Assembly: GCA_038087875.1 (NCBI GenBank)
Contig: CM075980.1
Span: forward strand, 62,248,001 to 62,312,000
Direction: 5' to 3'
Source: Malacoraja senta
Taxonomy: Eukaryota
Length of the DNA: 64,000 bases
Shown: positions 11,504 through 24,125 of the stretch, piece after piece
Layout: every line of letters begins with the position of its first letter
Position numbering within the stretch: the stretch's first letter is position 1
Position numbers and translations under genes: made by a program
Notes under the pieces: model-generated
The model's database searches: none
Told to the model about the DNA's origin: nothing
The model's input: the letters and a program-made list of their open reading frames with translations, nothing else

Positions 11504-12029
11504 CTGCAATGATGGTAAACACACTTAGCGACTCCAACAGATAACATTGTGTTACAAAACATAACATGCTCAACTGGCCTTCATCATGTTTATTCCTCAC
11601 CCCATTTTGCAAATTAGAAATATTCATATGAAGATAGGATATAAGTTTTTAAAAAAGTAGGTAGGCAATGAGAAAACATAAAATGAAATTATCAAGGAAT
11701 ATTAAAAATAAATGGTTCAGTATATAGTTATGTAAAAAAATGGAAGTACCATCAGGATAGGGATGCACACAATAAACTGATGATCAGAAATGAGCTCCTG
11801 TGACTGAGACCATTGGAGTAGAATGCCCAAGTGAACTAACAAGTTTGAGGTAATCGCAAAATTATTTATAAGTACAATTACCGCTTTCAAAAAGGAAAAT
11901 TGGACAGATATATGGAAAGGAAAGATCCAGAGGGATATGGACCAATTTCAGTTAAATGGGACCAAACTAAAATGCAAAGCTGGTCAACATGGACAAAAGG
12001 CGTGTTTCGATGCTGTATAGCGCTTTGAC

Positions 12030-12320
12030 TCTAAGTTTTGAGATACAGCGCGGAATCAGGCCCTTCGAGTCCGCGCTGACCAGCGATCCCCTTACACCTA
12101 CACTATTCAACACACACTTGGGACAATTTACAATTTTACCAAAGTCAATTAGCCTGCATACAAACATTGGAGTGTGGGAGGAAACCGGAGATCCCGTAGA
12201 AAACCCATGCAGGTCACGAGGAGAACTTACAACCTCTGTACAGACAGCACCTCCAGTCATGATTGCAACGGGGTCTATAGCACAGTAAGGCAGCAACCCT
12301 ACCGCTGTGCCATCAAGCCG
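12030..12320 (-). mobile_element. V-SINE (HE1-like)
   Basis: Reverse-complement V-domain (ggagtgtgggaggaaaccggag) and CR1-like tail. Confidence 0.8.
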
Positions 12321-12354
12321 CTAATGGGTGGAGAGTATACATACCACCCATTTG

Positions 12355-12680
12355 GGGGTAACATAGTAGCACAGTAATAGAGCTGCTGCCTTATAGCGCC
12401 AGAGACCTGTGTTCGATCCAGACTACGGGTGCTGTGTGTACGGAGTTTGTACATTCTCCCTGTGACCTCATGGATTTTCTCCAGGTGCTCCGGTTTCCTC
12501 CCACATTCCGTAGTTGTGCAGGTGTGTAGGTTAAATTGGCTTCTGTAAATTGTCCCTAGCGTGTAGGATAGAACTAGTGTACAGGTTGGTCAGCACGGAC
12601 TTGATGGATAGAACTCGTTGGTCGGCACGGACTTGATGGGTGAAGGGTCTACTTCCACAATGTATCTCTAAACTAAACTA
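12355..12680 (+). mobile_element. V-SINE (HE1-like)
   Basis: Degenerate A box, B box GTTCGATCC, V-domain ggtgctccggtttcctcccaca and tail tgtatctctaaactaaact. Confidence 0.85.
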
Positions 12681-15589
12681 TAGGGTGTCATTTGGGGACA
12701 ACAGAAAAATAGGGAATGCTATAGACTGAAGACAAACAGAGCAGAGACAGAATGAAAGTCTCAGGTTGATTCATGTGGAGACACTAGTAATAAAGGAGGA
12801 AGGACATCTTGAGGAGAAAGTTGCAGCAAGGCTTGGAGGGCAATAGACAAAATTAACAAAATCAATAGAAAAAGCAATTTTATATGTTTGAAGGAAGAAA
12901 AGTAGGGAGGATATTAGAAATACACAAAAATTAGATTTTATGATAAGAATCATATTGGTTTCACAGTACTTTGAACTGGATTACACGGAGGAACATATAG
13001 GATGATAGAGTGAATGTATTATCCAATAAGGTTTGGAAGGCTATTGCAAATAGCTGGATAATGTGAAGAGGAATGTGAATGTCTGGGCATTGGTATGTGA
13101 TAGAAGCAGGTTGTATGAAGGGGATGGGGGTAGGGGTTGCTGCTTGTTTGCAGTGTTGGTTATGATGACCCCATTGGAGAATGATGATATAACCAGGTCT
13201 GTTAAGGGGTCAATTAAACAGGATAGTAGGTTGGGGGCAGGGATTCAAGACTGGGCTTATGGTAAAATAGCATGAACAGAATGAAGGGTTGGACGTTTTA
13301 TTCATTTGTCTTAAATGGCTTCACAGGTCTGGCATCATGTGATTCAATTCTTATTTGCCCGCTTCTCTTTCCTGCACATTTAGCAGTTCCCCAGTAATTT
13401 ATCATTGGCTTCTCTTATTTCTTACCTCTTTTTAGAGTGGAGAAGGCTAAATAGTACATTGACGAATGTGTTTAAACTCTTGGAAGTGCTCAGTTGGAGC
13501 AAATGGGAAGAAACAATTTCGTGTGATCGAAGGTTTTAAAATCAATAGGAAAAGATTTAATCTGTTTGATAAAAAAAAAGATGGGGATGATACGATGGAA
13601 AATAATTTTTCATTTGAGCTGTTAAGATTCGTAATGTACTGCCTGATAAAAGGGTGATGCAGATTCAAGAACAGCTTTTAAACAGAAATTGGATAAGAGG
13701 TTGAAGGAGGTTGCTGGAATGTTGGTAAACTACTGATGTATGATACACATTATCTCCTCAGGGCTGCATTGTTCCACAAATCCAAACAACAGAACTTACC
13801 TGAGAATTCTCTTACCTGGGAATTTAAAGCAGTAATTATTATATTAAAGATCAAATAAGGCATAAAACTGGAAAAGAGGTGGTGATTGATAAATTGATTG
13901 GAGATTGCATATATGCACAAACAAACTCAGTAGATTATATAATGAGAGAACTGGGAACAGGGAATGATTGACTGATTATTATGATGAGAATGATGACAGA
14001 ATCCTTATTAAAAGATATAATAAAAATCTCAAAATTTAAATCAAAGAGCAATTGTTGCAGATTCCACATGCAGATTCCTCCATGATCAACCTGACAATTC
14101 TTTAAATAAATGACAGAATGGGTAGATAGAATGATGCAGTATATATATATTTTAATATTTTGGAGCCATTATGCTGCATGGTCATGGTATTATATGGCAG
14201 ATTATTGGATATGATCTCTGATATCCCATGATTGAACGTGCAGCATTATGAATAGTATATTGGCTACAAATAGAAAACAGAGACTACTCAGGCTGTCAAA
14301 AGGCAAGAAGAGATGTCCCATAGGATAAGTGCTAGGGCACTATTGTTCCCCATTTACATTAACAATTGGCAATGCCTAGAAGGATACAGTTCTAAAGCAA
14401 GCAAATCGGATTAGTGTGGATGGGCAAAAAGGTGAGCATGAACATGGTGGGCTGAAGGGACTGTTTCTAAGCTGCATCACTGTGTCTGTGACTCTACTTG
14501 GAAACACAATTTCAATACAGGGAACTAGAAATATTCAGCAAATCTTACAGAATGGTTGTTATTAGCAAATGAACCAACATAAATTAGTGTTACAAAGAGC
14601 AAAGAAGCTTCAAACTCCTTGGGAAAAGTGCCTACAACGAGTAAAGAAACAGACAGATCTCGGGTGTACACATGTACGAATCACTAAAATGGTGACACAG
14701 ATTAATGAGGATATTAAAACAATTAAACAATCAGAGGACTTCCATTTCAGAGGGATAGAGTTGAAAAGCCCGGATATTATATTAAATTTATGGCGCATCT
14801 TAGTAGTAAGACCATATTGAGTATTACGAACAGCTCTGATCTCCATGTTATAAATAAAAGGGTACAGAGGCATGGGAAAAGCTGATGGAAACAGGTACTA
14901 GAAAAGACTAAAAGTGCGAGGTTATATCCATCAGCAAACAGAATCAGCGTGAGGACTTTTTTTTCTGGAGTTGGGTCATGGATGCGGAAGAATGCTGACT
15001 TGATGGCTGCTATTATGATTATGAGAGAGTTTGACAGTATAGGTACAAGCAGTTGAGAAGACACTGCTCCATGTTGTTTCCCAAAATACCTTTGTTTTAT
15101 ACAATGGGAGTATAATAACATTACATCCTCTCTCTCACCATTTAACCCACCTCTCCACAATGGCCTCTCATTTTATTCCTAAATATGACAAAAAACTGTC
15201 AACAAAAAATAAGTTTTCTTTTACCATCCTGCATTTCCATAATTTCTTCCCAAGGAATTTGAAGCTTACCCACCAGTTAGTAAACAGTTAGAAATTTCTT
15301 CCTAAATTCCTATTTTCTTTTGATGTCCTAAATTGTAAAACTGACTCATTGTGCTCATGTTATGTAGAGGTTCTTTTAACCCATGTAACAAAACCTTTAC
15401 CATTGTGAAGAAGTGGTGTCTGATTCCCACTCATTTCTTTCATAAAGAAATAAGACTCAAAGTTCTCTCTTACATTCTGGATCAGTCTCTCCCTATTTCA
15501 ATGTCCCACTCACATGTTCACCTAATCTGAGATTGATTATATAATTACAATTCATTTTAATTCAGCAACCCATTCAGCCACTCCTCCAA

Positions 15590-15665
15590 AATTACTCTGT
15601 ATGTCAGTTTTGTTTTTAGGAGATATGCATATCTCCTAAAAACAAAACTGACACACAGAGTAATT
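15590..15665. repeat. 76-bp spacerless palindrome (38-bp arms, 1 mismatch)
   Basis: aattactctgtatgtcagttttgtttttaggagatatg|catatctcctaaaaacaaaactgacacacagagtaatt. Confidence 0.95.
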
Positions 15666-15739
15666 ATCATTCTTTGGGGAAGTTGTTGGAATTGCTTCAA
15701 ACTATAATTTCATAGCTGGAGATTCATTGCAACACATAC

Positions 15740-15822
15740 TGCTACGTTGTAATCAAAACAGTCTTCTGGGCCTTTCCGATACCGAGGGTTCAACACCTCT
15801 TCACATTGATCTGGTCCATCAG
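15740..15822 (-). CDS. CACNA2D2: alpha2delta-2 exon: (S)[27 protein letters not shown]
   Basis: 83 nt, ttctcag / gtatgt. Matches human [28 protein letters not shown]. Confidence 0.95.
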
Positions 15823-18616
15823 CTGAGAACAAAATTGTTAAGGAAATACCAAAATATATTCATGGCACAAGGCATGTAGGCATATAGGCCTTTCAGCAGA
15901 TGCACGTCAGTTTCGGAGTGGACTTTCCAAATCCACTTCAGGATAATGGTGCGGTTTCGCCTGTTTCTGGTGACCAGGTCACCAAGCCTCCAGTTACTGG
16001 AACCTTTCACACCATATTGCTGGATTTCTGCACATCAGGATACTGGATTCCTTCTGATTAGAATCATTCACACAGGGTCACTGGAATCTTTCAATGCAGA
16101 TCTCTGGAAACCATTGCTTCAGAACCTCTCATACCAGGTTATTGTAGCCCTTCATAATAGTTACCATATCCCTTTACACCAGAGTCTCTCAGAACCCCTA
16201 AAAGAAGATCAATGAAGCTCCATATACCAGGTCAATGGATCCTCTCACTGAATTACTTACCTAGTACAGCAGAGTAGCAGGCCATCATCCCATTGAGTCT
16301 ATACTAGCTCTCAGCAGAGCAATCCCATTCGCCTTCCATTTCCCATGTAACTCCCCAACTTATTATCTCATGTTCATCCACATCCACTAAATGGATTTGG
16401 CAGAAGTGTGCGAAGCATAGTAGCAGTGCAGAAGGTGGGGAGACCGAATCAAATGTACAGGATAAGTCAAGTTAGACCAGTTGGTAGAGCAGACAGAAAC
16501 ATGATACGCAGCTCGGGAGAACTGATTCGCTTAACAGCATTAATTTGAATGCACGTAGCCGCATGGGTAAGTGCATGAGATTATGTTATTATTGTAGTCA
16601 CAGAAACATGGTTGAGGGAAGGGTGGGACTGGGAGCTTACTGTTTTACAGTACACAAGGATACTGCAGGAGAATCAAGAACCAGAGGTTTAGGGTGAGAG
16701 GGGCATGATTAATAGGAACCTGCGGGGCACCGTTTTCAATCAGATGGTGATGGATATATGAAACAAACTGCCAGAAGGGGTAGTTGAGACGGGTACGATA
16801 ACAGCATTTAAAAGACACTTGGACAAGTACATGGATAGGAAAGGTTTAGAGGGATTTTGGCAAACCACAGGCAAATGGGACTAGCTTAAATGGAGCATCT
16901 TGGTTGGCATAGACGAGTTGGACCAAAGGGCCTATTTCTGTGCTGTATGGGCTCTACGTGGTGTGATTTAGTGGATTTTGGTTTTGAGATTGGATAGGCT
17001 GGGTTTGTTTTCCCTGGAGCAAGCGAGCTGATTGATGGGTGATATGATTGTGATTTTTAAAATTATAAGAGGCATAAATGGGGTAGATAAACATAATCTA
17101 CTTCCCATGGTAGGGGTATCATAAACTATAAACATAGGCTTAAGGTGAGAGGATGGAGCTTTAAATGGGCGCCAAGGGAAATGTTTTTTACACAGAAAGC
17201 AGTTGCTATCTGAAATGTGCTTCCAGAAGAGGTGGAGGAGGCAGACACAATCACAATATTTATGACACTTGAGCGGATGACACGAAGCTGGGGGGCAGTG
17301 TTAGCTGTGAGGAGGATGCTAGGAGGCTGCAAGGTGATTGGATAGGTTAGATGAGTGGGCAAATGCATGGCAGATGCAGTATAATGTGGATAAATGTGAG
17401 GTTATCCACTTTGGTGGCAAGAACAGGAAAGTAGACTATTATCTGAATGGTGGCCGATTAGGAAAAGGGGAGATGCAACGAGACCTGGGTGTCATGGTAC
17501 ACCAGTCATTGAAAGTAGGCATGCAGGTGCAGCAGGCAGTGAAGAAAGCGAATGGTATATTAGCATTCATAGCAAAAGGATTTGAGTATAGGAGCAGGGA
17601 GGTTCTACTGCAGTTGTACAGGGCCTTGGTGAGACCACACCTGGAGTATTGCGTACAGTTTTGGTCTCCTAATCTGAGGAAAGACATTCTTGCCATAGAG
17701 GGAGTACAGAGAAGGTTCACCAGACTGATTCCTGGGATGGCAGGACTTTCATTTGAAGAAAGACTGGATAGACTCGGCCTGTACTCGCTAGAATTTAGAA
17801 GATTGAGGGGGGATCTTATAGAACCTTACAAAATTCTTAAGGGGTTGGACAGGCTAGATGCAGGAAGATTGTTCCCGATGTTGGGGAAGTCCAGAACAAG
17901 GGGTCACAGTTTAAGGATAAGGGGGAAGTCTTTTAGGACCGAGATGAGAAAAAAAAATTCACACAAAGAGTGGTGAATCTGTGGAATTCTCTGCCACAGA
18001 AAGTAGTTGAGGCCAGTTCATTGGCTATATTTAAGAGGGAGTTAGATGTGGCCCTTGTGGCTAAAGGGATCAGGGGGGTATGGAGAGAAGGCAGGTACAG
18101 GATACTGAGTTGGATGATCAGCCATGATCATATTGAATGGCCGAAGGGCCGAATAGCCTACTCCTGCACCTATTTTCTATGTTTCTATGTTTCTAATAGG
18201 CAAGGCAAGGTCCTAATGTGTGTTAATGGGCTTAGTATAGATGGGCAATGTGATTAGCTTGGTCTTGGTGGACCGTAGGATCCATTTCACTGCTGCACAA
18301 CTCCGGACACTCTTTTTTTGACAATTACTTCTACTGTGGGGTCATTTACAGTAGCCAATTAATCCATTAGTATATATTTGGGTTATGGGAGGAATCAAAA
18401 CACCTGGAGATAAAGCACACTATCTCAGAGAGAACAGCAAACTCCACACAGATAGGTCAGGATCAAACCTGGGTTACTGAAACTTTGAAACGACAGCATT
18501 AACAACTGTATCCTGATGTCAGATCCCTGGATCATCTCACAGCAGGAAGTCCTAACACACCAGCCTCCTTGTTTTGGCTACAACTCAAAGCAGTCTGTAG
18601 CATTATGACAGGATAC
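15823..18616 (-). other. U12-type (minor spliceosome) GT-AG intron
   Basis: 5' site GTATCCTG (18616-18609). Branch point TTCCTTAAC (15845-15837) ends 14 nt before the exon. This donor restores the reading frame (T+CT = Ser). Confidence 0.85.
17273..18196 (+). mobile_element. Young 5'-truncated CR1 LINE nested in older CR1 fragments (about 16400-17270)
   Basis: ADDTKLGG...WQMQYNVDKCEVIHFG...RPHLEYCVQFWSP...LEFRRLRGDLIE, with 3' tail (ctatgttt)n. Confidence 0.92.
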
Positions 18617-18726
18617 ATCTTACTTCAGCTTGGATCAGTTTGGTTTTGTCGCACTGACTGCAGGTCAGCTTCTCTGCCACCACAAACAGCAAGTTAGTAT
18701 TGGCCAATCTCTGGGCATGGTAAAAC
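18617..18726 (-). CDS. CACNA2D2: alpha2delta-2 exon: (R)[36 protein letters not shown]
   Basis: 110 nt, atctcag / gtatcc. Matches human [27 protein letters not shown]. Confidence 0.95.
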
Positions 18727-19536
18727 CTGAGATGGGACACAAAGGTTGATTGACATTCTGTACATGTATGAATACAGACCCTTGGGAGACATAACAGGTC
18801 AGAACAAAGCACATTTATTAAGATCTTTCCGCATTCAAACGTGAACAATTTTAAATATTGAAAAGATAAAAGCTTCAAAGGTCTGTGAGGTGCTTTCTGA
18901 CCATCAAGGCAAAAATGTATTTACTTTAAAGCTGCATATTTCCACTGATTTACTTTCCTTCAATATTCAGCACAGGTTCCCTCCAAGGTATATTAGGTAC
19001 AGGGCAAGGTTGGCCCTTTGTAATAGGATGGGCCTTTAAGTACATTGTACTGTAAATTTAATGATGGGTTAATTAACCTCTCCAGTAGAATGTTATGTCT
19101 ACCGCAGCTCAATGTAACACCATCAAGGCTCTGCATGAACTATCCAAAGCCGCAGTTCTTACCTACATGAATGCATTTTCCTTTTCTTTTGGACAATCTT
19201 CTCTCCTCATCATTTCAAGTATTGAAATGAAATCTGACCAGAGGGCATTACAGCTAGACATACCCCAATGGTCCTTAGGGGGGCTCGATCCCTTACAGGA
19301 CTTTTCCCACCTTTCCCTGAGCACAGAAGGGAAGAGGTCATGGGATTTTTGTTTTGATCTAAGGTGGAGATCAGAAAATACATCGAGCAATAGGAGCTGG
19401 GATCCTCCATTCAATAGAGCTCAATGACACTGATGTTGGAACCATTTAGCTAGTGTGCTTTACGTTTATGTTTCTTTCTTTCACATTGGATTTATTTCTG
19501 TGGCAGTTGTCATTAACTATTGAGTCAGTTGCAAAC

Positions 19537-19660
19537 CTGGAACAGTTGCTGCAATCAATTAAGTTGCTGTTGGATCTACTGTTGTTGCCAAAGTAGTACT
19601 GTGTCTGCTTGGTGACGCAGCTCGTCTCTCGCAGTTCAGCACCGTCTGCTAATGTATCAT
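19537..19660 (-). CDS. CACNA2D2: alpha2delta-2 exon: (D)[40 protein letters not shown](R)
   Basis: 124 nt, tatcag / gtttgc. Matches human [26 protein letters not shown]...IIDCGNCSR. Confidence 0.93.
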
Positions 19661-20699
19661 CTGATAATATAGGAATAAGAAGAATTAATCATAAATGCAA
19701 CCAGTTCAAATAACTTTGCTGGAAGCATCAGCAGCAATAAATAACATTTAGTAATGAAGGAGAATTATTATTTTGTTAAGTTTCAGGAACTCATAGCTTT
19801 GTCAGAAATAATCTTATTGTGTCTGTCTGTGTTAAGTGGCCACAGAGGCTTCCCTTGCTCTGGGCTTTCACTGATTTGCCACCACAATTAGTTGAGAGGC
19901 AGCAATGGAAATAGCCAGCATGGCTGAGGATTCCAGTATCTCCCATCTGAGGGAAACACTTCCTCCTCTCAACAAGCCCACACTCATGCAGCCCCACTAC
20001 CAGGACTCATCCCTCAGACAATATTCCTGGTAACCGTGGCACTTTTTTTTGTTACGTGTCACCTCTTCAAATAGAGAAGTGAATTTGAGGCTTCTAGTTT
20101 ACCTCTTCATGATGCTCTGCCAGAGGAAATTGAGGTAGGACGGAGGGGAAAGCCCCTCCTGTCTTATCTGAGTAGGAGCCCTTGCTTATTCTCTTTAGCT
20201 GCCCTCATCCTCCTCAGGAAGTAGGTTCAAGACATGCCACAAGTATCAGCAAAATAAATGTTCTCTGTGTACAAATCTCAAGAATACAGGTCCCAAATAT
20301 GAGACCCCTGAAGAATTTTGTGTCATGTGTAGCAAAAGATGAAAGTGTGAAAAATGTGACAATCACATGGTGTGACCAAATCACTGATCTACAGAGGAAT
20401 TTTGGCAGAGAGCTATCACAGAAATATGTCTAAGTTCCAGTTTTGCAATATGCAGAGCAATAGTGTCACTTTCCTGACAAACACAATGCCTGCTGTGCAG
20501 AACCCATTCTCTGGTTCCATTCCATAAAGTCTCTGCACCCATTGCAAATTATTTTGTCTTCTGCACACTCCTGTTGCTGTGAAAGACCGTTAGACTGAAC
20601 ATCTCCGTTTCTGCAGAGAAGCGATGCAAGTTCTAATTGCTTTGTTTAATTTTTTTTCTTTCTGCATCAGCTGCCCTGAAAAGAACCATGGATTCATAC

Positions 20700-20755
20700 C
20701 TGCTTGGAAGCTGAGCTGGAAGGTGAATGCGTACAACAACTGTTGCAATAAAGAC
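20700..20755 (-). CDS. CACNA2D2: alpha2delta-2 exon: (W)SLLQQLLYAFTFQLSFQA
   Basis: 56 nt, ccccag / gtatga. Matches human SLFQQLLYGLIYHSWFQA. Confidence 0.93.
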
Positions 20756-21490
20756 CTGGGGAAATAAGGTAAAGGACAATCATTAGTGACGATCTGATCC
20801 ATGAATATTTCTGTGGGTTCGGTGGGTATAATAGGAACTGAAAACTCAACTCCACTATTTCCTATCACCAGAGAGTTTTAACCGCGGATTACATTACGTG
20901 TTACTTCAAGATCCTCGTTTAACTTTTTAAAGACTCTACTCACTGACATCACGTTACAAAACTCACATAGAAGTTATTATCTAATGAATGTGAATTGAAA
21001 CCTTTTCTGCTTGACCTGCTGAGCATTTGTAGACTTCCCTGTTTTTATTTAATGCACCAAATACTGCGAATAAGGTTCTATCAATGGGCCATGTCTATAT
21101 ATATAGGGACACTGATTCCAATCATTGAAATACCAGATCCTTCTCTGAAAAAGTGCCTGCAGGTTGTCCAAAAGTGAAGTGATGTTTCTGTTCCAAGAGA
21201 TCTACAGATCTGATGAAATTGAACAACAGATTCTCACTATGAAGAAAGAAGTAAGCAACTCGGTGGAAGATGCAAATCGCTCAATTATAAAGATAAAGAG
21301 GAATTCTCTTTCAAAGTAGAACCATAGACAACATTTGACCTATCATCAGGATCACATGCAGATACAAAATACAGATTCACCCAGACCACACACAACCTCT
21401 TTGTAAGAAAGCACTAAAGTGTACCACCTGTAGGAATTCTTACATTTCCTTTGTGGGATGTCAGTGTGAATGATAAGGGAATTATCTTAC

Positions 21491-21543
21491 CAGGCTGCAG
21501 CAGAGCTCCACCAAGCCAAGTTCAGCAAGTCAGAAACAGTAGG
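21491..21543 (-). CDS. CACNA2D2: alpha2delta-2 exon: PTVSDLLNLAWWSSAAA(W)
   Basis: 53 nt, ccttaag / gtaaga. Matches human PTVADFLNLAWWTSAAAW. Confidence 0.95.
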
Positions 21544-22772
21544 CTTAAGGGAAACATAAAGCATTGATTGATCAGAGGTTTTCACTACTAGAGAGATACA
21601 GCTTCACACTTCCTATTACCTTTAGATAGGTAAATTCTAACAACATATTTTTCTAGAACTCTATTAATCTCACGTTGAAATATGGCTCAGCTTGACATTG
21701 TTGATTAATTTTTTCCAGTTACTCCATTTTTATTGTTTGTGGTTTCAGTTGCTACTTGCTCCTTGTGCTGAATAGTCATCCAAACATTGTTGCAGACTAT
21801 TCCCCGGATGTTCTCCCAATGTACTAATCTTAGTTTGATTGATTTCCCAACTGGAATACTGCTTCCTCTGTATTGAGTTTCTTGCACAAGAACCCCATTA
21901 AGCCTCCATCTCCGTCTCCCCGCTCATTGCGACTCCCTGCCAGTTGATTTGTTGGGGAGGAAGGTTCCCCATAATTGGAACTGTCCTTTTAATACTTTCA
22001 TTTAATTAGCCTTATATCTCTTCCTTTCAACTAATAGTGGTCCACTCCTTTTAATGTGACTGTTTCTTCCTTATTCTTGCAATTCATACGAATGCTGTAT
22101 CTATTTATTAGTTATCCCCATTCTTACTCAAACCTTTTAATATTTTTTCCGATTAACTTGCCTGTCCCATCATTTTGAATTTTATTATACTTTGTAATAT
22201 TCAACTGCCGGCCTTGTACATTCTGACACCAGAATGACATCTATTTGTTTTCATTTTGGACCCCAATTTACCTACTGATGCACTGTTTGTTAATGATCTG
22301 AAATTCAATCGGTTCTTATTTTTTTATTAGCATATCCTTGGAGTGTTTACCTCTGTATTATGAACTTTGCTCACTTTGTTTTCCCCATGACATTTTTTGG
22401 AACCATAATCCTACAGAGATCTTTAACACAGAGACAACATTACCTCAATAATGAATATGATCTGCTTTTACACTGACTGCTTTTACATGACATTCTACAC
22501 AATTGTTAAAATACAGAGGAATTCTGTTTTAATGGCCATAGTGGCTGATATTATTCTGCTGTGGGGCCTAGGATGCCTCAGGCCTCCGACCATGGATGTA
22601 TTTCCTGAGGTTACCTTCATATGATCTCTTACCTCCTGCTCCTCAGTCTAAAAGGTTTTCTTCTCCTCCCTCCCCACAATATTTTTATAAAATATATTTT
22701 CAATAAAATGAGAAAGATGCATCTTGTCTCCATATATTATCTCTTGCTTTCTAACAACAAGTGTAAACTTAC

Positions 22773-22925
22773 AATGAAGATGGATCTGGGTGCTGCTCCT
22801 GTGTCAGTGTTATGTGAGGGACCACACACAGACTGATAGTCATAGGATTCCTTCCTTGTGTAGAACGAAGCATTGAAGAGTGCATTCATCAAACTGGGAT
22901 CCACTTCACTGAAGAACATGCCAAT
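22773..22925 (-). CDS. CACNA2D2: alpha2delta-2 exon: [51 protein letters not shown]
   Basis: 153 nt, ctccag / gtaagt. The [11 protein letters not shown] and GAAPR motifs match alpha2delta-2. Confidence 0.96.
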
Positions 22926-23514
22926 CTGGAGATATAACCAAATATGAAGTGCATTTTTGAAGCCATTTGGCACTGGAGATTAAATCTGGGAAGTTTTAAA
23001 GTTGCTGGTGTCTTACAGCACCGGGGACAGGGTTTGAACCTGACACCTGACCTCAGGTGCTATGTAATGTTTGGATGTTCTAACCCTGACCACTTAGGGT
23101 TCCCACATGCTCCATTTCCTCATGTCCTGAAAATATGTGGGTTGGTAGGTTAATTGGCCTTTGTAAATTGCCTTGCGTGTTTGGAGGTTTTAATGGGAAT
23201 GTGAAAGAGAATATACAGTCATAGACTTGATGGGCTGAATTGTCACATTTAAGCCATGAGAAATATGATTAGCCTGTGGTTTGGTTAAACATTTTTTAAT
23301 GTGATTTCAGCCCTTTGTGGTATCATCTCTCTGTATTTCAGTACATTCCTGCAGTCCAACTCTCCGAGATCTTGGCCACCCTCCAGCTCTGGCCATTGCA
23401 TATTTCTGATTCTCGTCACTGTTGGCAACTCTGCCTTCAGCTGCCTGAACTTCCAACTCCACAATTTCACCCCAATCATTCTGCTATCTACCTTCCTGTC
23501 ACCATTTGGCAGGC

Positions 23515-24125
23515 CAGGCTTGCCCGCCGCGGACTCTAAAATCAGCCCCGAGCCACTGGCGTCGATGGCACCCACGCCGCTGAGAATGAGGAGGAACCTG
23601 AACCACCAAGAGAGAGGAAGGCCATTGCAAGCAATCGGCAAGAGCGCAGGGGGACTGTCGAAAGTGAGGTGGGCCGTCGAGAGCCAGGTGGACTGTCGAG
23701 AGTGTAAGGGGGCTCGTGCCACTGAGAGCAAGGAGGGGGAACCGCGCTGCCGTGAGCGAGAAGGACCACCAAAAGCGACCCGGTTGGGAACCGCCGAGAA
23801 CAAGGGGGGGATTCGGCGGGGGGCTGCAGAAAACATTGGGGGACCAGCGGAGGGATCGCCCAGAACGAAGGGGTGACTCATCGGGGGGGGGGGGGGGGGC
23901 AACAAAAATGATGGGGGGACCCGCGGGGGCCGCCTGCTTCCATGTTTGGCGGCTGACAGAAGATAGGACTGTTCAGTGAATTTATATAACATTGTTGGTG
24001 CCAGAAATGTGATGATTCTTGTGTACTGCCCTGGTGAGGTCTGCTGTATGATTTTACCAGGTTGTATGCAAAACAAAGCATTTCACAGCTCCTAGGTGCA
24101 CGTGACAATAAAGTATCATTGAATA
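23515..24125 (+). mobile_element. GC-rich non-autonomous retroelement with a Rex-like 3' tail
   Basis: CpG-rich body with internal repeats (gactgtcgaga) and a G run. It ends gcatttcacagctcctaggtgcacgtgacaataaa, like the Rex/Babar 3' ends in this window. Confidence 0.5.

Noticed and set aside
23285-24076. 263-aa and 191-aa ORFs
   Set aside because: By-products of a GC-rich repeat and G run, with low-complexity translations on both strands.
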